Shown here in pieces: positions 16,691 to 25,399 of a stretch of DNA of 64,000 bases. Origin of the DNA: Candidatus Aminicenantes bacterium (lineage in GTDB: Bacteria; Acidobacteriota; Aminicenantia; Aminicenantales; Saccharicenantaceae). The stretch is taken from the NCBI GenBank assembly GCA_017999365.1, contig JAGNLW010000002.1:241348-305347 (forward strand). The letters are read 5' to 3'. The notes under the pieces are model-generated. The model was not told the origin of the DNA. It was given only the letters and a program-made list of their open reading frames with translations, and searched no databases. The position numbers were made by a program, and so were the translations under genes. How positions within the stretch are numbered: position 1 is the first letter of the stretch; each line of letters starts with the position of its first letter.

Positions 16691-17239
16691 TCAGAACCCC
16701 TCCAGGAGGCTGACGACGAGGCTGCGGGCGAACTTGTCGGCGATCTTTTCGATGGCCTCGGTCTGGAGCGACTCGAAGCCCGCCCCGGTCGGGACCTCGT
16801 ACTCCTGCTGGTAGACGAAGGACGGGTCGGCGAAGATCGGCTCCCGGGCGTCCTTCTCGCGCAGCGCGACCTTGGCCGTGACGGTGACGTTGAAGCGGTC
16901 GGCCTGGCGCCCGGCGCCGAAGCCGATGGGCTGGGCCGTGAACCCGGTGATCTCGCCCTCGAGCACGGCGTCGGCGGCGGCCGGGTCGGAGACGACGCGG
17001 ACCTTGCCCCGGGCCACGAGCTCGGCGATGACGGCCCGGGTCAGCTTGACGTCGAGCTCGAAGCGCGTCGTCAGGTTCTTGAACACGGGGACGCTCACGG
17101 TGCGGATGCGGGACGGCAGCGAGGAGCCGGTGCCGCGCAGTCGGTAGCCGCAGGCGGAAGGGAAAAGGGACACGGCCGCGAGCAGACCGACCGCAGGGAG
17201 GATGCCCGGCCTCCGTCGTGCCCTTGTCATCGCGGTCAT
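16691..17239 (-). CDS. lptE: LPS-assembly lipoprotein LptE
   Basis: Has a lipobox (LFPSAC) followed by GYRLRG, as in the LptE N-terminus. It lies between leuS and holA. Confidence 0.7.
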   Translation of the reverse strand: MTAMTRARRRPGILPAVGLLAAVSLFPSACGYRLRGTGSSLPSRIRTVSVPVFKNLTTRFELDVKLTRAVIAELVARGKVRVVSDPAAADAVLEGEITGFTAQPIGFGAGRQADRFNVTVTAKVALREKDAREPIFADPSFVYQQEYEVPTGAGFESLQTEAIEKIADKFARSLVVSLLEGF

Positions 17240-17263
17240 CGGCGGCGCGCCTCGGCCCCGCCC

Positions 17264-19741
17264 TCAGACCACGATGCTGACGAGCTTGTTGCGGATGGCC
17301 ACCACCTTGCGGGGCGGCTTTCCGCCCAGCGCCGCCTGGACCTTGGGCAGGGCCAGGGCGGCCGCCTCGAGCTCGGCTTCGGGCGTGTCGGCCGCGGCCT
17401 CGAAGCGGTCCCGGACCTTGCCGTTGATCTGGACCACGACGGAAACCGTCTCCTCTCGGGCCAGGGCCGGGTCGTAGACCGGCCAATCCGAGAGCATGAG
17501 CAGCCCTTGGTGCCCGGTGCGCTCCCAGAGTTCCTCGGCCAGGTGGGGCGCGAAGGGCGAGAGCATGCGGACGATGGACTCCAGGGCCAGCCGCAGGGCG
17601 GCCCGGCCTTCGGGCGAGCCCCGCAGGGCGTCGCGGTCCTTGCGGGCCTGGTTGTAGAGCTCCATGATCGTGCTGATGGCCGTGTTGAGGTGGAAGCGGA
17701 CGCCGATGTCGTCGCTGACCTTGCGGATGGTCTGGTGGGTCTTCTTGACCAGGGCCGCGCCGGGCTCCCCTCCCCCGGGGACGGCCGGCGCCTCGGCGAA
17801 CAGGTCCAGGTTGTCGTTGACCAGGCCCCAGACGCGCAGCAGGAAGCGGTGGCAGCCCTCGAGCCCGTCCTCCGACCAGGCGAACTCCTTGTCGGGTGGC
17901 GAGGCGAACAGGATGAACAGGCGCAGGGTGTCGGCGCCGTAGCGCTGCAGGATCTCGTCGGGGTCGACGATGTTGCCCTTGGACTTGGACATGGCCGAGC
18001 CGTCCTTGGTGACCATGCCCTGGGCCAGGTAGTACGGGAAGGGCTCGGAGATGTCCGTCATCCCGAGGTCCCGCAGGACCTTGGTGAAGAAGCGCGAGTA
18101 GATGAGGTGGAGGATGGCGTGCTCGACGCCGCCGATGTAGAGGTCGACGGGGAGCCAACGGGCGGCCGCCTCGGGCCGGAAGGGCAGTGACGTCTCCCGC
18201 GGCGAGCAGTAGCGGAAGAAGTACCACGAGGAGTCGACGAAGGTATCCATCGTGTCGGTCTCGCGGCGGGCCGGGCCCTGGCACTTCGGGCAGGTCGTCC
18301 GGACGAAGCCCTCGTGGCGCTCGAGCGGCGAGCCCTCCTCGCCCGTCAGCTTGACGTCGAAGGGCAGCTCGACGGGCAGGTCGGCGTCGGGGACGCCGAC
18401 GACGCCGCAGGTGTCGCAATAGATGACGGGGATGGGCGTCCCCCAGTAGCGCTGGCGCGAGATGCCCCAGTCGCGCAGCCGGAAGACCGTGCTGCGGCGG
18501 CCGAAGCCGGCCTTCTCGGCGAACTCGCCCATCTTCTCGACGGCTTCGGCCGAGGGCAGGCCGGAGAAGGGCCCCGAGTTGACCAGGACGCCGGCGTCGG
18601 TCGTGACCTCGGCGGGCTCGCCGTCGAAGCGCTCGCCGGCCCGCTCGGCCGGCACGACGACGGTGCGGATGGGGATGCCGTAGGACTTGGCGAAGGCGAA
18701 GTCGCGTTCGTCGTGGGCCGGGACGGCCATGATGGCGCCCGTGCCGTAGTCCATGAGGACGTAGTTGGCGATCCAGACGGGGACGCGCTCGCCCGTGAAG
18801 GGGTTGACGGCCGTCTTGCCGGTGTCGACGCCGTCCTTCTCGGTCTCGCCGATCTCGCGGCGCTTGCGCATCTCGGCCACGGTCCGGGCGACCCAGGCGC
18901 CGAGCTCCTTCTCCCGCGGGCCGGCGATGAGCCCGGGCACGGCCGGGTGCTCGGCCGAGACGACCAGGAAGGTGGCCCCGAAGATCGTGTCCAGGCGGGT
19001 CGTGAAGACCTCGATGGCCTCGGCGCTGCCGTCGAGCGCGAACAGGACTTGGGCGCCGGTGCTCTTGCCGATCCAGTTCTTCTGCATCTCCAGGACGTGG
19101 GCGGGCCACTTGCCGAGGGCGGCGTGGCCGGAGAGGAGCTCGTCGGCGTAGTCCGTGATCTTGAGGAACCACTGCTCCATCTTCTTCTGCGCCACCGGCG
19201 TGTCGCAGCGCCAGCAGCCCCCGCCGACGACCTGCTCGTTGGCCAGGACGGTCCGGCACTGCGAGCACCAGTTGACCCAGCTCTCCTTGCGGAAGGCCAG
19301 GCCGCGCTCGAGCATGCGCAGGAAGATCCACTGGTTCCACTTGTAGTAATCCGGCAGGCAGGTGTTGACCTCGCGGTCCCAGTCGTAGCTGATGCCCATG
19401 CGCTTGAGCTGGGCCCGCATGTGGGCGACGTTGTCGAGGGTCCAGGTCCGGGGATGGGTGCCGTGCTTGATGGCCGCGTTCTCGGCCGGCATGCCCAGGG
19501 CGTCCCAGCCGATGGGGTGGAGGACGCTGGCCCCGGTCATGCGCTTCTGGCGGGCGATGACGTCGCCGATGGAGTAGTTGCGGACGTGGCCCATGTGGAT
19601 GCGCCCCGAGGGATAGGGGTACATCTCCAGGCAGTAGAACTTGGGCCGGGCGGGGTCCTCGACGGCGGCGAAGGCCCGCTTATCCTCCCAGGCGCGCTGC
19701 CATTTGCTCTCCAAAGCGGCGAAATCGTAGGTCTCGGTCAT
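17264..19741 (-). CDS. leuS: Leucyl-tRNA synthetase
   Basis: Track ORF 17264..19801. Contains a HIGH-type motif (YPSGRIHMGH) and a KMSKS motif (AMSKSKGN). I prefer the ATG at 19741 (MTETYDF...), which has a GGAGG Shine-Dalgarno. Confidence 0.95.
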   Translation of the reverse strand: MTETYDFAALESKWQRAWEDKRAFAAVEDPARPKFYCLEMYPYPSGRIHMGHVRNYSIGDVIARQKRMTGASVLHPIGWDALGMPAENAAIKHGTHPRTWTLDNVAHMRAQLKRMGISYDWDREVNTCLPDYYKWNQWIFLRMLERGLAFRKESWVNWCSQCRTVLANEQVVGGGCWRCDTPVAQKKMEQWFLKITDYADELLSGHAALGKWPAHVLEMQKNWIGKSTGAQVLFALDGSAEAIEVFTTRLDTIFGATFLVVSAEHPAVPGLIAGPREKELGAWVARTVAEMRKRREIGETEKDGVDTGKTAVNPFTGERVPVWIANYVLMDYGTGAIMAVPAHDERDFAFAKSYGIPIRTVVVPAERAGERFDGEPAEVTTDAGVLVNSGPFSGLPSAEAVEKMGEFAEKAGFGRRSTVFRLRDWGISRQRYWGTPIPVIYCDTCGVVGVPDADLPVELPFDVKLTGEEGSPLERHEGFVRTTCPKCQGPARRETDTMDTFVDSSWYFFRYCSPRETSLPFRPEAAARWLPVDLYIGGVEHAILHLIYSRFFTKVLRDLGMTDISEPFPYYLAQGMVTKDGSAMSKSKGNIVDPDEILQRYGADTLRLFILFASPPDKEFAWSEDGLEGCHRFLLRVWGLVNDNLDLFAEAPAVPGGGEPGAALVKKTHQTIRKVSDDIGVRFHLNTAISTIMELYNQARKDRDALRGSPEGRAALRLALESIVRMLSPFAPHLAEELWERTGHQGLLMLSDWPVYDPALAREETVSVVVQINGKVRDRFEAAADTPEAELEAAALALPKVQAALGGKPPRKVVAIRNKLVSIVV

Positions 19742-19852
19742 GGTCCTGAAAACCTCCGGGGAATGGGTTCTCATCTTAGATTCAATGCCCCCGGAAGTCA
19801 AGGAACCCCAGGCGGCGTGGCATTAAACGGAGTGACGGGCTATACTGGGGCG

Positions 19853-20644
19853 GTGAGCCTGCTCGAGGTGCGCGATCTGGAGGCCGGATACGGCGACGGG
19901 CCGGTCATCCGAGGCCTCTCGCTCTCGGTCGAGCCGGGGGAGTTCGTGGCCGTCCTGGGCCCGAACGGCTCGGGCAAGAGCACGCTCATCAAGGCCGTCC
20001 AGAACCTGCTCGCGGGGGTCCGCGGCACGGTCCGCTGCGCCGGCGAGGACTTGCCGGGCCTGTCGCCGCGCCGGATCGCCTCGATGATCGCCTACGTCCC
20101 CCAGATGGCCGAGCCGGCCTTCGAGTACACGGTCGGGGAGATCGTCCGCATGGGGCGGTTCGCCCGCCAGGGCCGGCTCGAGCGGGCCTCGGCCGGCGAC
20201 GACGCGGCCGTGGCCGAGGCCATGCGCCTGACCGAGGTCGACGGGCTGGCCGCGAAGGGACTGTCCCAGCTGAGCGGCGGCGAGCGCCAGCGGGTCTTCA
20301 TCGCCCGGGCCCTGGCCCAGGACGCGCCCCTGCTCCTGCTCGACGAGCCCAGCAGCCACCTCGACATCCGCTATCAGGCGGAGATCTACCGCATCCTGGC
20401 GGCCCTGCGCCGGGACGGGGGCAAGACGGTCGTCGTGGCCGAGCACAACGTCAACCTGGCCGCGGCCCACGCCGACCGGCTGGTCTTCCTCAAGGACGGC
20501 GCCGTGGCCGCGGCAGGGACGCCGCGCGAGACGGTCACGGCCGCCAACATCCGCCAGATCTTCGGCGCCGACGTCGATATCCGCGAGAACGCCCGCAGCG
20601 GCCTGCCGGAGATCTCGCTGGCCGGCGAACGGAGGCCGGCATGA
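19853..20644 (+). CDS. ABC transporter ATP-binding protein (FecE/BtuD type)
   Basis: This is the tail of track ORF 18314..20644. Walker A (GPNGSGKST), signature (LSGGERQR) and Walker B (LLLLDEP) are present. The GTG at 19853 is the chosen start; the GTG at 19832 is possible. Confidence 0.85.
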   Translation: MSLLEVRDLEAGYGDGPVIRGLSLSVEPGEFVAVLGPNGSGKSTLIKAVQNLLAGVRGTVRCAGEDLPGLSPRRIASMIAYVPQMAEPAFEYTVGEIVRMGRFARQGRLERASAGDDAAVAEAMRLTEVDGLAAKGLSQLSGGERQRVFIARALAQDAPLLLLDEPSSHLDIRYQAEIYRILAALRRDGGKTVVVAEHNVNLAAAHADRLVFLKDGAVAAAGTPRETVTAANIRQIFGADVDIRENARSGLPEISLAGERRPA

Positions 20645-21651
20645 GGGCGCGGGCGGCCGCGTTCGGGGTCATGTGCGCCCGGTATGTGCCCATGATCATG
20701 TTGTTGTTCACCATGAGCGATATCTCCGCGCGGCCGATCGATATAGGTGCGCCGGAGAGCCGGGGGCACGTACCTAGGGTACATGTCCCCCAGCCCGTGG
20801 CCGCGGCGGGGCAGGTCATCACCGACGACCTCGGCCGCCCCTTCCCGCTCCCGGCGAGGACACCGGAGCGCATCGTCTCCCTGGCCCCGAACGTCACGGA
20901 AACCCTCTTCGCTCTCGGCCTGGGCGACCGCGTCGCCGGCGTGACCCGCTTCTGCGACTACCCGGAGGGGGCCGCGGCCGTCCGCAAGGTCGGCGGCCTG
21001 GTCGATCCCAATATCGAGGTCGTCCGGTCCCTCGATCCGGGGCTCGTCGTCGCCTTCCGCGGCAATCCCCTCCGGCTCGTCGAGCGCATGGCCAAGCTCG
21101 GCCTGCCGGTCTTCGTCTGCGACGTCGGCGAGGGGCTCGAGGCCGTCGCCCCGTTCGTCGAGCGCCTCGGCCGGGTCACCCGGACGGAGGAGCGGGCGGC
21201 CGCGCTCGCCGCGGGCCTGCGCCGGCGGCTCGAGGCCGTGGACGCGGCCCTGCGCGGCGTCGCGGCCCGGCCCAAGGTCTTCGTCCTCCTCCACGGCCAG
21301 GGGCTGTGGACGAGCGGCGGCGAGAGCTACGTCGACGACCTCATCGCCCGGGCCGGAGGGACGAACGTGGCCGCGGCTCTGCCGAAGAAGTGGGCCCTTT
21401 ATAAAAGGGAGCGCATCGTCGAAGACGACCCCGACGTCGTCTTGGTCCTGGCCCGCTCGCCGCGGGACTTCGCCGCGAGCCGGGACTGGTTCATGAAGAT
21501 GCCGGGCGCGGACCGCGTCGCGGCCGTGCGGGCGGGGCGCATCTTCGAGATCGACGAGAACGCCGCCAGCCGCTTCGGCCCGCGCCTCGTCGACATCCTC
21601 GACCGTGTCGCCCGCCTCCTCCACCCCGAGCGCTTCGGAGGGGAGCGGTGA
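20641..21651 (+). CDS. ABC transporter periplasmic substrate-binding protein (BtuF/FhuD-like)
   Basis: Contains RIVSLAPNVTETLFALGLGDRVAGVTRFCDYP. The start forms an ATGA overlap with the ATPase stop. The ~75-aa N-terminal region is unusually long and contains a palindrome (see findings). Confidence 0.78.
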   Translation: MRARAAAFGVMCARYVPMIMLLFTMSDISARPIDIGAPESRGHVPRVHVPQPVAAAGQVITDDLGRPFPLPARTPERIVSLAPNVTETLFALGLGDRVAGVTRFCDYPEGAAAVRKVGGLVDPNIEVVRSLDPGLVVAFRGNPLRLVERMAKLGLPVFVCDVGEGLEAVAPFVERLGRVTRTEERAAALAAGLRRRLEAVDAALRGVAARPKVFVLLHGQGLWTSGGESYVDDLIARAGGTNVAAALPKKWALYKRERIVEDDPDVVLVLARSPRDFAASRDWFMKMPGADRVAAVRAGRIFEIDENAASRFGPRLVDILDRVARLLHPERFGGER

Positions 21652-22637
21652 GCGGGCGGACCGGGCGGGGGCTGTTCTGGACCGTCTGCGCCGCCCTGTG
21701 CGCCGCCGGCTTCCTGGCCTCCGTCCTCGTCGGGCCGGTCAAGACCACGCCGGCCGACCTGTGGCGGTTCATCCAGTCGCCCGACCGAATCCAGGCGGCC
21801 ATCTTCCTCGACCTGCGGCTGGCCCGGGCCGTCCTGGCCTTCCTCGTCGGGGCGGCGCTGGCCCTGTCGGGGGCCATCCTGCAGGGCTATTTCCGCAATC
21901 CCATGGCCGACCCCTTCGTCGTCGGCGTGTCCTCGGCGGCCTCGCTCGGCGCGGTCGCCGCGGCGGCCCTCGGGTTCGAGGCCGCGGCCTTCGGCTTCAG
22001 CGGCCCCGGCCTGCTGGCCTTCCTGTCCGGATTGGCCATCGTCACGCTCGTCTACGCGCTGTCGCTTCGCCGCGGCGGCTACAAGGTCGAAACAGTGCTT
22101 CTGACCGGCATCGCCGCCGGCGCCTTGGCCTCGGCCCTGACCTCGTTCCTGCTGTTCATGCGCTCGGACTCCTACGACCAAGCCGTCTTCTGGCTCCTGG
22201 GCAGCTTCCAGCTGGCCGAATGGGGCCAGGCGGCGACCATCGCGCCCTGGATCGTCCTCTCGCTCGCCGTCTCGATCTGGCTGGCCCGGGACATGGACCT
22301 CCTGGCCCTCGGCGACGAGACGGCCCGGGCCCTCGGCAGCCCGGTCGGCCGGGTCCGCAAGGTCTTCCTGGCTCTGTCGGCCCTCCTCGCGGCCCTGTCC
22401 GTCGCCGTGAGCGGCATCATCGGCTTCGTCGGCCTGGTCGTCCCCCACTGGGTCCGCATCCTCATCGGTCCCGGGCACCGCCGCCTCTTCGCCGCTGCGG
22501 CCCTGGCCGGCGGCACCTTCCTCCTCTATTGCGATCTCCTGGCCCGCACCATCCTGCCGGCCGAGCTGCCCATCGGCGTCATCACCGCCGCCGTCGGCGC
22601 CCCGTTCTTCCTCTATCTCCTCCACAAGAAACGCTAG
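21648..22637 (+). CDS. ABC transporter permease (FecCD/BtuC family)
   Basis: A 329-aa multi-TM protein of the FecCD pattern. It overlaps the preceding gene by 4 nt. Confidence 0.88.
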   Translation: MSGRTGRGLFWTVCAALCAAGFLASVLVGPVKTTPADLWRFIQSPDRIQAAIFLDLRLARAVLAFLVGAALALSGAILQGYFRNPMADPFVVGVSSAASLGAVAAAALGFEAAAFGFSGPGLLAFLSGLAIVTLVYALSLRRGGYKVETVLLTGIAAGALASALTSFLLFMRSDSYDQAVFWLLGSFQLAEWGQAATIAPWIVLSLAVSIWLARDMDLLALGDETARALGSPVGRVRKVFLALSALLAALSVAVSGIIGFVGLVVPHWVRILIGPGHRRLFAAAALAGGTFLLYCDLLARTILPAELPIGVITAAVGAPFFLYLLHKKR

Positions 22638-22686
22638 CCGGCCTGAACCGGCCGGGTCCGCGGGCCGTATCTTAGAGTGAGGCTCC

Positions 22687-23265
22687 ATGGACTTTTTCTT
22701 CGTCCGCGACCACCGCCGCCGCTTCCGTTTCTATTCCGCCGAGCCGCTCGGCCCGCTCCCGGCCCATTTCTCGAAGACCCGGGCCGTCTGGGAGAAGGCC
22801 AAGAAGAAGGTCACCGGGCTCGACCCGCGGACCCTGCTCCAGGAGCAGGCCTTCGCGCACGGCGGCCGGCCCGGCCCCGAGCCCCTCGTCATCCGCCATT
22901 CGGGCCGCCGCGACGAAGGGGCCGCCCGGGCCCGCCTCTTGTTCTTCCTGCAGCGCATGAAGACCCGCCACATCGCCATCCTCGCCACCGAGGCCGTCGT
23001 CGTCCCCTTCACCGGCCTGGCCGCCCTTCTCCCCGGCCCCAACGTCATCTTCTACGCCCTGGCCATCCTCATGGTCATCCAGTGGCAGGCCTTGCGGGGC
23101 CTCTCGCGCCTGGCCGTCAAGCGGCACGAGTTCGTCGCCGACCCCCTTCTCGCCGAGTGGGAGGACGCCGTCGAGCGCCGCGACGAAGCCCGCTACCCCG
23201 CTCTCCTCGAGCGCCTCGGCCGGGAGCTCGGCCTGCCGACTCCCCGCAAGCTCCTCTGGCGGTGA
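22687..23265 (+). CDS. Hypothetical membrane protein
   Basis: A 192-aa ORF with realistic composition and two central hydrophobic helices. No family was recognised. Confidence 0.5.
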   Translation: MDFFFVRDHRRRFRFYSAEPLGPLPAHFSKTRAVWEKAKKKVTGLDPRTLLQEQAFAHGGRPGPEPLVIRHSGRRDEGAARARLLFFLQRMKTRHIAILATEAVVVPFTGLAALLPGPNVIFYALAILMVIQWQALRGLSRLAVKRHEFVADPLLAEWEDAVERRDEARYPALLERLGRELGLPTPRKLLWR

Positions 23266-23345
23266 ACCCCGGGGACACGTCCTTAAGGGACATGTCCCCC
23301 CTTCAAATTGACTTTCGGGGGCGGTTGGCTTAGGGTATAGGTACC

Positions 23346-23714
23346 ATGACCCTGACCCTGAACCAGGTCTTATGGATCATCCTGACGGTCGCGGCCGTCG
23401 TCGCGGTCACGTTCCTGGCCCTGTTCCTGAACCAGCTGCGCAAGACCGCCCGGGAGGCCGAAAAGACCCTGGTGAAGGCCCAGGAGACGATGGACGGGCT
23501 CCAAGTGATCGAGGCCAAGATCAACGCCAGCCTGGACAACGTCGGGGAGGTCCTGGCGACGTCGAAGAAAGCGGTCTCCGGCCTGTCGGAGGTCGCCTTC
23601 TTCCTGACGTCCAAGGTCATACGGCCGTCGGCGAAGTACTGGCCGTTCCTCTTTCCGCTGGTCCGCTTCGGACTCCAGCAGCTGAAGAAAAGAAAGGAGA
23701 AGAAGGATGGGTGA
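23346..23714 (+). CDS. DUF948-like membrane protein
   Basis: Has an N-terminal TM helix followed by a coiled-coil segment. It pairs with a YtxH-like gene, as is often seen. Confidence 0.55.
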   Translation: MTLTLNQVLWIILTVAAVVAVTFLALFLNQLRKTAREAEKTLVKAQETMDGLQVIEAKINASLDNVGEVLATSKKAVSGLSEVAFFLTSKVIRPSAKYWPFLFPLVRFGLQQLKKRKEKKDG

Positions 23715-24012
23715 TAACAAAGACAGTCATTTCTGGGATTCCCTGCTGACCTTCGTCGCCGGGGCGGCTACGGGGTTCGTCGTCGGCATCCTGGTCGCCC
23801 CCGCGAGCGGCAAGGAGACGCGCAAGAAGATCAAGGAGCAGGCCGTCCGGACCGGCGAGTCCGCCAAGGACGGCTACGAGAAGGTGGCCAAGGAAGCCGA
23901 GAAGAGCATCCGCATGGTCAAGGAGAAGACCGGGGAGGGCGTCGACGCCATCCGCGACTTCATCGAGAAGAAACGGGAAGAATTCCTCCAGAAGGCCGAA
24001 GAGAAGAAATAG
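23707..24012 (+). CDS. YtxH-domain protein
   Basis: A TM helix is followed by APASGKETRKKIKE, a YtxH hallmark. The remainder is Lys/Glu-rich helical sequence. Confidence 0.7.
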   Translation: MGDNKDSHFWDSLLTFVAGAATGFVVGILVAPASGKETRKKIKEQAVRTGESAKDGYEKVAKEAEKSIRMVKEKTGEGVDAIRDFIEKKREEFLQKAEEKK

Positions 24013-24085
24013 CCCGGGCCGGCGGCCCGTCGAGGGCCGCTCGGGACCCGTCGACCGTTCGCCGGGGCGGGGGGATCGGAGCGCC

Positions 24086-25399
24086 ATGAGAATTCGCGTC
24101 TGTCTATCCACCGTCGTCCTGAGCCTGGCCGTGCTGGCCGCGGCGCCCCCGGCCGCCCGCCCCGTCGACCCGAAGACGGCCAAGCGGATCGAAGCCGAGA
24201 TCGAGCGGAACAGGGCCGAGGTCGTCAAGGTCCGCCGCTTCCTCCACATGAACCCCGAGCTCGGCAACCGCGAGGTCGAGACGGCCCGCCTCATCGCCTC
24301 CCGGCTCGAGCCCCTCGGCTTCGAGGTCCGGACCGGCGTGGCCAAGACCGGCGTCGTGGCTGTGCTCAAGGGAGGCCAGCCCGGTCCGGCCGTGGCCGTG
24401 CGGGCCGACATGGACGCCCTGCCCGTCCAGGAGGCGACCAACCTCCCCTACAAGTCCCTCAACGCCGGGGTCATGCACGCCTGCGGCCACGACGTCCACA
24501 GCTCGGTCGTGCTGGGGACGGCCCTCGTCCTGCACGCCCTGCGCGACCAGCTCAAGGGCAGCGTGACCTTCCTCTTCCAGCCCTCCGAGGAAGGCCCGCC
24601 CGAAGGCGAGGACGGCGGCGCCGACCTCATGGTCCGCGAGGGGGCCCTCGACGATCCCCCCGTCCGGGCCGTCTTCGGCTTCCACGTCTGGCCCGAGAAC
24701 GTCGGCACCGTGCTCTTCGCCCCGGGCAACGTGACCGCCGCGGCCGACACCTTCGTCGTCACGGTCAAGGGGCGCAGCGCCCACGGCGCTCGGCCCCACG
24801 AGGGCATCGACGCCGTGGTCATCGCGGCCGAGATCGTCACCGCCCTGCAGACCGTCGTCAGCCGGGCCTCCGACCCGACCGACCCGGCCGTGCTGACCGT
24901 GGGCACCATCGCCGGGGGCAGCCGCCGCAACATCATCGCCGACCGCGTCGTCCTCGAGGGCACGGTCCGGACCCTGAGCGAGGCCAGCCAGAAGAAGGTC
25001 CGCCAGCTCATGGAGAGCGTCGTCCGCAATATCACGGAGATCTACGGCGCCGGCTTCGAATTTGAGTACAAACCGGGCAACCCGTCCGTCTATAATAATC
25101 CGGAGCTGGCCTCGGCCATGACCCCAACCCTGGTCCGGCTCCTGGGGAAGGACCGGCTGCTCGATTGGAAGCCCCAGATGATCGCCGAGGACTTCGCCTT
25201 CCTGGCCCGGAAGGCCCCCGGCCTGTACTTCTTCCTGGGCGTCAAGAATCCCGCCCTGCCGACGATGGCCCCCCTCCACAGCCCCCAGTTCAGCCCGGAC
25301 GAGAGGGCCATCCCGCTGGGGATGAAGGTCCTCAGCCACCTGGTCGTCGACGCCCTCGAAGGCCAGAGCGCCCTGGCCTCGGGCGGCCCGGGCTTCTGA
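24086..25399 (+). CDS. M20-family amidohydrolase (N-acyl-amino-acid amidohydrolase/hippuricase-like), secreted
   Basis: Has a signal peptide, MHACGHD, FQPSEEG and the typical M20D layout. Confidence 0.87.
   Translation: MRIRVCLSTVVLSLAVLAAAPPAARPVDPKTAKRIEAEIERNRAEVVKVRRFLHMNPELGNREVETARLIASRLEPLGFEVRTGVAKTGVVAVLKGGQPGPAVAVRADMDALPVQEATNLPYKSLNAGVMHACGHDVHSSVVLGTALVLHALRDQLKGSVTFLFQPSEEGPPEGEDGGADLMVREGALDDPPVRAVFGFHVWPENVGTVLFAPGNVTAAADTFVVTVKGRSAHGARPHEGIDAVVIAAEIVTALQTVVSRASDPTDPAVLTVGTIAGGSRRNIIADRVVLEGTVRTLSEASQKKVRQLMESVVRNITEIYGAGFEFEYKPGNPSVYNNPELASAMTPTLVRLLGKDRLLDWKPQMIAEDFAFLARKAPGLYFFLGVKNPALPTMAPLHSPQFSPDERAIPLGMKVLSHLVVDALEGQSALASGGPGF

Noticed and set aside
19742-19852. A cobalamin riboswitch might be expected upstream of the BtuCDF-like ABC importer.
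   Set aside because: Only ~110 nt is available, far shorter than a B12 aptamer plus expression platform, and no B12-box-like sequence was seen.
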